NCBI RefSeq assembly: GCF_000281045.1
Contig: NW_008246081.1
Location: 446,986-477,179, forward strand
Direction: 5' to 3'
DNA length: 30,194 nt
Origin: Saprolegnia diclina VS20
Taxonomy: Eukaryota
Below, piece by piece: positions 1 through 10,332 of this stretch. The notes under the pieces were generated by a model, which saw nothing but the letters and a program-made list of their open reading frames with translations, was not told where the DNA came from and made no database searches. The stretch's first letter is position 1. Every line of letters starts with the position of its first letter. Made by a program: the position numbers and the translations under genes.

Positions 1-1279
1 GGGGTGAACCTGGAAGTAGGCGAGCTGGTAGCACTTTTGCCAGCGCCACGAGCGCACGTCGGCCCAGCGCGACGGGTCGTTCTTGAGGCAGGTCGTGTCG
101 TAGAAGCAGCCCGCGCCAAAAGCAGCGCCGTACATGCCAATGGTAAAGTTGGCGAACGCCTACACTCCTCCTCGTATTCGGCGCGACGCGGGGTCGAAGC
201 GCGTACCTCGGGGAGCGACACGTTGGCTTGGACGGCCGCGACCATGGGCGCGCAGAGCTGGTCCTTCTTGCCGTACTGCACGGCCATGGCAGCCGAGTCA
301 GCGAGCATGTAGAAGAAATCCGGGTCCGCGAGCGCTTGAGCGCCAAGAAGGCCCTTGACCTATATCCACGCAACCTCAGTCGCACAAGTAATGCAGTGCC
401 ACGAACCTCGTCGCTGCGGCCGGCGTGGATCTCGGACTCGTACGCTTTTGTGATTTGGCGAAGGGCGTCAGCACACTCTTTGCCTGCAGAGAGCGCGACC
501 TACAAGACTGCGTGAGAGACCGCACTAGCCCCTGTGAGCAGAAACCTGTTGGTCGAAAGCGTGAAAGTTGTAGACGGGGTTGACGACACCGGACGAGGAC
601 AAAGCCGCCACCGTCGTGTTCGGATACGCAATGCTAGCGCCAGCATCGATAAAAGCTCTCAGCAAAAGACGCGTACCGAAACCACGCCGAGAGCGCACCG
701 GGATAGGACCCACCGACCGCGATCCACGGGTTGGACGTGGTGGAAAGCGTCGCTTGGTACGCCTCGATGAACGCCTTCAAGTCGGCGAGCGCTTGCTCGA
801 CGGTCAAGAACTTGAGGTTCTCGGTCGAGAGGTCGTCCTTGGGCAAGCTCTTCCCGTAGAAACGGTGTTCGAGGGCGACGACCTATGGCCTTCCGTTGGC
901 GACCCAGCCAAGTAGGGCAGATACTGTCGCGTACCTTGGCACTGTGCTCCTTGGCAATCACGTCAATGTAGCCCGTGGGCATCTTGTCCATTGCGCCTTC
1001 GCCACCAATGTACATGATGATCGGGCTCTTGTCGAGCCCGCCCCAGTACGTATCGTCCACGTAGTAGCGCTGGAGAAAGTGGAGTGGCGGCTTGGGCGAA
1101 AAGTGGTCGAGCGTTTGCTGGAACCACTGCGCCTCCGGCGCCGGCGCCAGCGACACGACGGCGCCCGCCACGAGGTCCTTGAAGAGGTTGCCTCCGCGCG
1201 CATGCGTCGGCGGCAGGTGCAGCGCCGAGGCCATCGCGACGCCGCTCAGCAACGCCAGGGCAATCTTGGTCGTCACCAT
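1..1279 (-). CDS. Secreted serine carboxypeptidase, family S28 (prolylcarboxypeptidase/thymus-specific serine protease-like); multi-exon, 3' end runs off the window start
   Basis: ATG at 1279 gives signal-like [19 protein letters not shown]. Manual splicing (e.g. GT-AG intron 934..883) gives S28 motifs [42 protein letters not shown], nucleophile GGSYPG, and [15 protein letters not shown] near the window start. Confidence 0.93.
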
Positions 1280-1517
1280 CCTTTTTGCCGAATGACTTCG
1301 ACTCAGAAAAGATCCCACGCGCTGATTGGCTCGTGCGCAACGTCAAGGATCCTTATCATACACAGACTACACCCACGCAACTTTTAATATCAAGGAAACT
1401 CAGATCTTGGTGCCTTACGACTGGAGAGTTGGGTTCGTATAGTGCATGCGATTGCCCTTTTGTCGCCATCCGGACATCCGTATACTGTGCCAAGATCGCG
1501 ACCGAAGGTCATCCATC

Positions 1518-2799
1518 ATGTGGCGCCGCTTGTGTCCTCGCTCGGGCAGGTCGAGAGCTGCAAGGCGCCTGCTAATGAACATACGTAGAAATGGCCTGTC
1601 ACCTCACACTGCAGAGCGGCCAAGTCTTCAACTGGCGCCAAGTCCAAGCGCAATGGGTCGGTGTTATCCAGCGTCACGTCATCGCGCTCCGGGAGGCCGA
1701 GTCAGCGATCGAGTACACATGCTTGCACGCGCCTCCGCTGCAAGACAAGGAAGACGACGTTCATGCACTCGTGTCATCCTACTTTCGCACTGATGTACCC
1801 TCCCATTTGCCATTGCCAGCGGCTCATGCCATCGATAGGACAACCTCGGCGAGCTCTACGGTGCGTCGTTTTCTCCCGAGTGCGATGACTGCATTGTCGC
1901 GTAGCGTCGTGGATGCAGCCCAACGACCAGTTCTCACCGGCCTTTGCGTCGCTGCCCGGGCTCCGCCTCATTCGGTGCGTGCATACTCTTGCTTCCATAC
2001 GTGCCGCATGGCGAGCGTCCTAGCCAAGACCCGCTCGAGTGTCTCTTTTCGTTCATTTGCTCGTCCAACAACAACATTGCGCGCGTGACGCAGATGCTCG
2101 AAAAGTTACGCGCGCGCTTTGGCGACGAACTCATGACCCACGACGGCACGCCGCTGCACGCCTTCCCGACCCTCGCGCAGCTACAGGCCATCCAAGAGCC
2201 CGAGCTGCGCACGCTCGGGTTCGGGTACCGCGCCCAGTACATTGTCAAGTCGGCGGCGATTTTGCACGACCTCGGCGGCGAAGCCTACTTGCAGACGCTG
2301 CGTGCGAACGCAGACGCGGCCGCCGTCCAGACGTCGCTGACGCAGTTTGCGGGCGTCGGGCGCAAGGTCGCCGACTGCATCGCGCTCTTCTCGCTCGAAA
2401 AGCTCGAGGCAATCCCCGTCGATACGCACGTGTGGCAGATCGCTTGCCGCGACTTTCACGCCAAAGTACACTGTAGATCTGTGAATGTATGCACGCTGAA
2501 CAACAAATACGATGACGCAGGCGCACAAAAGTTTGACGCCGACCGTATACGCCCAAGTGGGCCAGCTGTACCAAGACAGGTTCACGCCGTACGCGGGGTG
2601 GGCGCACAGGTACGACCTTTGCGTTAGTCTCTTTCGATGGTGGCATGCTAGTGTCCTCTTTGCGGCCGAGCTGGCTGCGTTCAAGCCAGCGAAACCGGCG
2701 GCCGCCAAGCCTCTCAAGCGCAAGAAGAGCGACATCGACGACTCGTCCAACAAGCCCATGAGAAAGAAGTCGACCCGCACGCGCGCCCAAACTGCCTAG
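1518..2799 (+). CDS. OGG1: 8-oxoguanine DNA glycosylase/AP lyase (HhH-GPD family), about 7 exons
   Basis: Spliced product reads CPRSEMACHLTLQSGQVFNW ... GLRLIRQDPLECLFSFICSSNNNIARV ... LRTLGFGYRAQYI ... HhH GVGRKVADC (catalytic Lys) ... IPVDTHVWQIA (catalytic Asp) ... YAGWAHSVLFAAEL, with a basic NLS-like tail (PLKRKKS). The start at 1518 depends on a GC-AG intron at 1546..1588. Confidence 0.95.
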
Positions 2800-3181
2800 T
2801 GGCGATACTCGGTGGTCATGGATCGTCGGGTCATGCTACTGAGCGAGAACAATATTGTCGAATGACGTTGTGGTCCCTCTTCGTATTCATACCATACACT
2901 GTGGTACCGGAAGCGATACGCTGATAGATGCGAGATAGTAACGTTAACTTGGTGACTCTAGTAGTAACCTTAACCTCGTAGCACTGAGCACTGAATTTGT
3001 GCATCGAAGTCGGAATCGGTGGCGACACATATCTTGCCGCGGGATTGTTGTATCTTTTGGCCAAATAAAATGCAAATTGGTCGTCTTTTCTATCCGGATA
3101 CGATCCGGACCGATCATCGAACGGCCTTTTTGAGGCAGTTTGGTATTTTCGGCTGCACCCGTCGCGAGCCAGACACGAAGC

Positions 3182-4462
<1,281 letters not shown>

Positions 4463-4867
4463 ACTCGCACCCTAAACCCGCTGTCAATGCACGATGCCTC
4501 TTTTCGTTCTCAATAACACTGTTCTCTTGGCCTCAGCACACCATTTGCTATGCGGCAGATCTGGAGACTGCGTAGCCTCGAGTGCATCTGCTCCGTTTCT
4601 GTTCCATAACGCTATGGGCCATAAAGAGGAGCTGGCTACGGTTTTGCTTTTGCTACCCCGACCCCTAATGGACACCCTACCCCTCGCAGACGCCGAATTA
4701 GCTCCAAAGCTGTCCACGCATGGACGCTCCCGTATGAGCCCGTAGAATGCGCGCTGTACGATGCAATCGCCTTGTACCGGTAGTCAGCTGCGAACGCCTT
4801 TACAAGGTACTTGTGCTTCTACTTGGCGGTCGAGCGGAAACGAGAAGAAGTATTTTGCATTCGATTC

Positions 4868-6397
4868 ATGCGGGTACATCTTGGGTGTCTCGTTGCGCTG
4901 GCCGTCTGCAGCTACGGCGCCGACGACGTTATCCGCGTCAAGACGCTCGAGCCGCAGGCCAACGACGGCGGCTTCCAGAGCCACAAGATCACGAGCGCGC
5001 TCGGGGGCGACGGCTTCAAAAGCGAGTACCGCTGGTTCAACTCCAACATTGGCCTGCGCACCAAGCACGTGAGCGTCGGCGAGCTCGCGCGCACCTTTTA
5101 CGACGGCGTGGTTGGCACCACTAAGAAGCTCAAGTCGTATCTCGCTTCGGCTGTGCGCACCATGCAGCAGTCGCCAGCTCTTCCGACCGTCAACAGTACT
5201 TTGGCGGGACCGCTGCTGGATCCGCGCGCCGCCTTTCTCACGATTGCCGAGTTTGTCCGCGCGTACAACATCTCGACAGAGCGCGTAAATGCTACCAAGG
5301 TGGCGTCCGTGCCGACGCTGCGTGCCTACACCTACACGGGCGTCACGTACATCAACGTCTCGGGCTCGATCGCGAGCCAGTATGCGCCGTATCCGTCGTA
5401 TACACCGAGCTACTACGCACCGTCGCTACCCAACGGTATTTTGCCGACGACCACGTACCCTTGGCCATGGGGCGGCGCGATCACGCAGCTCAACGCGCTC
5501 GTCAAGCTTGCTGCGTCCTCCAATGCAACCGCAACCAGTGGCTCAAACGAAACACTGACCGCGATGCGCGCGATTTGGGCGTCGTTCTACATCGTGTCGG
5601 GGATCCCCGTACCACCGATCGTACCACCGCGCACGTCGCTGGCGGTCGGCGATACATCGCAAGGGCTGGCCTTTTACGCATATCCGGCGCCCGCGGCCGG
5701 CTTTGGTCGGTCGGGCGTCACGTTCTTTGCGCCGTCGCTCTTGAACCGCAGCCTCTTGGCGATCGACCAGCTCCGATTAGCCTTCGACGATGCGCTGGAC
5801 GCAGACGTCGCCGGATTGCTTCACGGGATCGAGTCGCCGTCGAGCACGTGGTACTCGGCGTACGACCGGGAGACCGACGAGCTGGCCGACTTGTGTCTCG
5901 GCAGTCTCGTCGCAGCGACATCGCGCGACGCCCCGCGCCTCTTCAACCTCCTCGTCGAGAACAACGTGCAGCAGCCGAGCTGTTTGTGGCAAGCCAACGC
6001 CTACTACTTCCGCGTCAAGGCCCGCGCGCCCCGCCGCAGTGTTTTCACAGAGGTGGGGTCCCTCGCTGCGTACGTCGGTGCGCGGGCGATGAACGTGACG
6101 CGGCTCAAGGCGGCGCTGCGGGCTGACCGCGCGTCGGCGGTCGAGACTGCAGTACAGCGTGCCAATGCGACGAATATGCCGCCGCTAGCGAGCATGGGCG
6201 GCGGCGTCGTGCTCTTCGCAGCCAACGACGATGGCGTCGTGTTGCAGGTGATCAAGGAACCCGAGCCGATGCACTTGGTGCTTCGCGCCGTCATTCGACT
6301 CGGCGAAAGCATGTTTTTGTCGGCCAAAGACATGGACGTCCTCGTGGCATGCGTCGCGCTGCAGCTGCTTGGCCACTCGTGTAGCCGCTGTGTATAA
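4868..6397 (+). CDS. Hypothetical secreted glycoprotein, 509 aa, single exon, no recognisable domain
   Basis: Long ORF with coding-like GC3 bias. The first ATG gives signal-like MRVHLGCLVALAVCSYG. About nine N-X-S/T sequons (NST, NIS, NAT, NVS, NAT, NET, NRS, NVT, NAT). Confidence 0.75.
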   Translation: MRVHLGCLVALAVCSYGADDVIRVKTLEPQANDGGFQSHKITSALGGDGFKSEYRWFNSNIGLRTKHVSVGELARTFYDGVVGTTKKLKSYLASAVRTMQQSPALPTVNSTLAGPLLDPRAAFLTIAEFVRAYNISTERVNATKVASVPTLRAYTYTGVTYINVSGSIASQYAPYPSYTPSYYAPSLPNGILPTTTYPWPWGGAITQLNALVKLAASSNATATSGSNETLTAMRAIWASFYIVSGIPVPPIVPPRTSLAVGDTSQGLAFYAYPAPAAGFGRSGVTFFAPSLLNRSLLAIDQLRLAFDDALDADVAGLLHGIESPSSTWYSAYDRETDELADLCLGSLVAATSRDAPRLFNLLVENNVQQPSCLWQANAYYFRVKARAPRRSVFTEVGSLAAYVGARAMNVTRLKAALRADRASAVETAVQRANATNMPPLASMGGGVVLFAANDDGVVLQVIKEPEPMHLVLRAVIRLGESMFLSAKDMDVLVACVALQLLGHSCSRCV

Positions 6398-6784
6398 CTT
6401 CTACGATCGCTACAGTGTGCTTTATTGGAGATGCCATCAAATGGGATCGATACAGGGCTCGGGTAGCTGCCTTGCGCACTCCCAGTCGTGTAGAGAAATC
6501 ACGATTGATTGATTGATATTCTAGCAGAGCGTACTGGCTCACATCCACTACAATTGTAGAATGGCTAAAATACCATTCCTGCTGTGCATTTTCGTCGAGG
6601 GTTAGGGTACGAAAGTTGCTTTTGTGGTTCCACTTTGGAAAGGTCCGAATCCAGAATTGAGCTGCGATGGCGGGCATTTGGCCTCTGCCGTGGGGAATTT
6701 CAGAATCTGGAATTGCAATGTGACGCTGAACGATTCTGCTTTTGTCCATGTGATACGGCGACCGAGCGACGTGCGAGCTTTGCC

Positions 6785-6800
6785 ACTCACTTTTCCTTTT
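6785..6800 (+). promoter_or_regulatory. Oomycete INR/FPR-like core promoter upstream of the P450
   Basis: ACTCACTTTTCCTTTT resembles the oomycete consensus GCTCATTYYNCAWTTT, matches the chitinase element at 15/16 positions, and lies just upstream of ATG 6809. Confidence 0.55.
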
Positions 6801-6808
6801 GCTCGCTC

Positions 6809-8290
6809 ATGGTGCTCGGGTTCACATTCGCACAAGAGACTGCAGCGGCCGTCGCCGTCGGACTTGCTTGCTTGCTCATCGCCAAAGCCGTGGTAGTCTA
6901 CCGCCGCAAAGCTCGGATTGCCAAAGGGCTCGCCCATCTACCGAGTCTTCCGGGCCACAAACTACTGGGCAACTTGGTGCAACAAGGCGAGCACATCCAC
7001 GACCACTACTACTGGAAGCTGGAGCTTTTCGAGACGCTTGGGAGCACGTATGCGATGCGCGTAGACTTGCTTCTGGACGGCTCCGTGTGCACCTCGAGCG
7101 CCGCCAACGTCCGACACATCCTCGCGACCAACCACACGAACTACGTCAAGCCAGCGATGATGCAGCGCGCGCTCGGTGAGCTCATGGGCAGCGGCATCTT
7201 CAACGTCAACCCATCCGCCTCGTCGAGCTGGAAGGCCCAGCGCAAGATCATCGCGTCGCTCTTCTCGACCAACGCCATCAAGACACTCATGGACACCATC
7301 TTCGTCGAGCACACGTCGGCGCTCGTGTCGGAGATCGAAACACTAGGCGACGGTGCGCTCCTGGACGTCGAGGCCACTGCGCTGTCGCTGACGACCAAGT
7401 TCACTTATGCCATGGCGTTTGGGCTCGCCTTTGAGACCGAGAACGCCACCGAGTTTCGAGACCTTTTTCGGGAAGCGAGCAACCTCAGCGTCTCGCGCTT
7501 CACGCAGCCGTGGTACCAATGGCTCGGCTGGTTCATGCCGTCCGAGTACCGCCTCGCGCGTGTCATGCGGCGCATCAACGCGCTCTGCCACGACACGATC
7601 CGCACCAAGCGGCTCAGCGCCACAAGGGGCGACGACCTTCTCTCGGAGCTCCTCCGGCGCCAGGAAGCCGGCAACGACATGATTTCCGACACCTTTATCC
7701 GCGACATGATGATGACCATGATGCTTGCGGGTCGGGAGACGGTCGGGAGCGGCCTCGCGTGGGTCATTTACACGGTGAGCAAGCACCCTATCGTCGAAGC
7801 GAGGCTCGTAAGCGAGCTGCAAGCCGGTGAGATTTCCTACGCGGGCGTCGGATGCATGTCGTACCTCGATGCGGTCGTGCGCGAGACCTTACGCCTCTTC
7901 CCACCTGTGCCGTACGAGCTCAAGAGCGCTATCACGGACGATGTATGGCCCGACGGCACGTTTGTCCCGGCGGGAACCAATGTCGAATTTTCGCCATTCG
8001 CAATGGGTCGCAACGAAACCCGGTGGCCACAGGCAACGACGTTCTCGCCCGAGCGTTGGCTAAATGACACTCCACGACCAAGTGCGTTCGAGTACCCGGT
8101 CTTCAACGCGGGCCCGCGCAGCTGCGTCGGCCAAACCGTCGCGCTCCTCCAGCTCAAGGTTGTCGTCGCAAGCCTCTACCAGCGCTTTACGTTTGATCTT
8201 ATTTCGCCGCTCAACGAGCCAGCGTTCGAGCTCGGTATCGGTCTCTTCTCCCAGGACAGCATTCAAGTCCGCGCGTACCTCCGGCACTAA
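6809..8290 (+). CDS. Cytochrome P450, intronless, resembling the CYP86/CYP94/CYP704 fatty-acid hydroxylase type
   Basis: N-terminal TM anchor (AAAVAVGLACLLIAKAVVVY), LMGSGIFNV, WKAQRK, I-helix LAGRET, K-helix ETLR, PERW, heme signature FNAGPRSCVG, plus DDVWPDGTFVPAG typical of this clan. Confidence 0.96.
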   Translation: MVLGFTFAQETAAAVAVGLACLLIAKAVVVYRRKARIAKGLAHLPSLPGHKLLGNLVQQGEHIHDHYYWKLELFETLGSTYAMRVDLLLDGSVCTSSAANVRHILATNHTNYVKPAMMQRALGELMGSGIFNVNPSASSSWKAQRKIIASLFSTNAIKTLMDTIFVEHTSALVSEIETLGDGALLDVEATALSLTTKFTYAMAFGLAFETENATEFRDLFREASNLSVSRFTQPWYQWLGWFMPSEYRLARVMRRINALCHDTIRTKRLSATRGDDLLSELLRRQEAGNDMISDTFIRDMMMTMMLAGRETVGSGLAWVIYTVSKHPIVEARLVSELQAGEISYAGVGCMSYLDAVVRETLRLFPPVPYELKSAITDDVWPDGTFVPAGTNVEFSPFAMGRNETRWPQATTFSPERWLNDTPRPSAFEYPVFNAGPRSCVGQTVALLQLKVVVASLYQRFTFDLISPLNEPAFELGIGLFSQDSIQVRAYLRH

Positions 8291-8761
8291 ACTCGCACTA
8301 TCTGTCGACCCTAGTCCTAGTATCAACATAAAACCTGTCGTCTCCCAGTACAGTGTCAAAGTATTTATAACTCCAATGATTTGAAACGTATCATAGGTTG
8401 ATTATTGATGGCCTATCACAACAATAAGCATCTTTCGCAGCTGAAAATTGGGTACATAAATCATGTATGTTTTACATGTACAAAATGTTGACAGCACCCT
8501 TCTTAGCGGGGTAGGGGTTCTTGGATCGCCTGGTCGCGCTAATCGTAAATTGATTAAATTAAGACTTTGCGAACAGGACGGTCCCACCCAGAAATAGGTT
8601 TTCCTCACCATGCGCTCCTAGAATATGGTGCGACTTGTCTTGAATGGCTTCTGAAAGCGGTTTCCAGTTTCCCACCTCGATGGCAACCACATTTACGACG
8701 TTTAGCCATATTTACCGACACGACGTTCAGCTCACGAAACGCCACTGGCCCGAAACCAAAG

Positions 8762-9328
8762 ATGGCGATGCGACGCGAGGACACGACGATCGAATTCGAG
8801 CCCCGCGACCCGCGCGAGAAGGCCGAGAAGTACCTCAAAGCCAACAAGATCCACGTGATTCTGCAGGTAGCGCTCGCAGAGCTACTCGTCGATGCCATCG
8901 GTCTCGTGCCAGGAGATCTGCACCAACATGATGTACATCCGCCCGACCAACCCGCGCGAGTTCATGGTGCAGCAGCTCAACCTCATTCGCCACGCCCGCG
9001 AGAACCGGACGGCGGTACACACCACGCCGATAGTAGCCACAGGCGTCGATCGAAGTGCGGGCTAGATGACGTTCTTCACCGAGACGGACTTGGCGACAAT
9101 GTTTTCCATGTTTGACACGACGAGTCAGGGCACGATCAGCCTCGTGCAGTACGACCAAGGTTCGCCCATGCGCTAGCAGAGGTGGTTGCTGACTGCGTTC
9201 TCTTAGCCTTGCTCAACCTCGGCATCGATCGCCCGACGTTGCGCCTCCCCGAGTCGATCAACCGCGTCGATAAGAACTTATTTGTGCGCAGCATGCTCCA
9301 GGAACTCAAAAACAACTCGTGCGTGTAG
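8762..9328 (+). CDS. EFCAB10: EF-hand calcium-binding domain protein 10-like (RIIa/DPY30-like dimerisation helix plus EF hand), 4 exons
   Basis: Spliced product: DPREKAEKYLKANKIHVILQ|EICTNMMYIRPTNPREFMVQQL ... FFTETDLATMFSMFDTTSQGTISLVQYDQ|ALLNLGI ... LFVRSMLQELKNNSCV*. Stop TAG at 9326-9328. Confidence 0.8.
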
Positions 9329-9375
9329 TCGAGAATCTGCATATGTATAAACAGTGTACAATCTTCTTTGGACGA

Positions 9376-10280
9376 CTAGAGAATCGTCAGGTCGTCGTTG
9401 TAGTAAATGTGCACAATCGGCTGGTAGTCGTCGGCGTCGAGATGGAGCTTTTCAAACTCGGCCGCTTCGTCGAGGATGCCGTTTTGCGTCAGCGTCTTGT
9501 CCATGTCGAGCGGAAGAAACTCGTGGCCGTCCAAGTACTACCCTCTCGCTTCAGTACAATAGTGTCTCTGTGACATACCTTCCACGTGTAGCTGCCGGCA
9601 TGGGCATTGAACTGCAGGTCAATGTACCGCTTTTGGATTTCGTAGAGTGTCTCTTCCGAACACACCTAGGTCCAAAGACATTGATGGACAGCGACGTCAA
9701 TCTGTCCAACCTGAATCGAGTGACTCTGGTGCGTCAGCGTGTTGACGACTTGGATCGAGCGCACTTTTTCGGTCATGAGCCCAATGCAATGCGCATCGTC
9801 CTACGAGGATGCCACGTCATCAAGTTGCCATCGAAGCTTTATGTGTTGTACCGTCCACCACGGCTGGAGCTCGAGCGTATTCCAATCGGTCACAGGCTCG
9901 GGGGGTGGCACGTCGAGAAAGCGTCCGTAGGGCAAAAACGGCAAGCGAATGTTGCGGTCGGGATCGATGTGCGTCTTGACCTGCATTTTCCTCAGTCGAC
10001 GTCCATGCCGTTCGTTGTACCTCGCGCGTGACGGCGTCGAACCAGTGCGTAATGTCTTCGCCAGCGTGCTGCACGAGCGGCTGCGTGAGCTTGCCACGGT
10101 GCGCTGCGATGAGCGCCGTGACATCGAGGACGCGCCCAAAGACGACGAGCCAGCAGTCCTAGCCAACATCAGCATCGAGTTTTTCGGATCTGAATAGCGC
10201 CGTACGTCGGCGCACTTGTGGATGCCGACTTCTTCGGGCGTGTAGTACCGGCGGTGGATCGTCTTGAGCTGGAACTTCAT
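9376..10280 (-). CDS. CYB5D1: Cytochrome b5 domain-containing protein 1 (flagellar radial-spoke associated), about 6 exons
   Basis: Spliced product: RRYYTPEEVGIHKCAD|DCWLVVFGRVLDVT ... HAGEDITHWFD ... PFLPYGRFLDVPPPEP ... PWW ... IQVVNTLTHQSHSIQ|VCSEETLYEIQKRY ... NAHAGSYTWK ... LDMDKTLTQNGILDE ... IVHIYYNDDLTIL*. All segments match the family pattern. Confidence 0.92.
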
Positions 10281-10332
10281 GTCGGCGTTTGAAACCTGCG
10301 TCAAAACGACCGAGGTGTGTCGTTTCATCTTC

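Noticed and set aside
5450..5472. TYPW in the orphan secreted protein (TTTYPWPWG) resembling DTYPWVN
   Set aside because: Only a four-residue match without VN, 20 kb away; compatible with chance.
6584..6808. Upstream extension of the P450 ORF
   Set aside because: Non-ATG start in AT-richer sequence; the INR at 6785-6800 and the TM anchor after ATG 6809 define the likely start.
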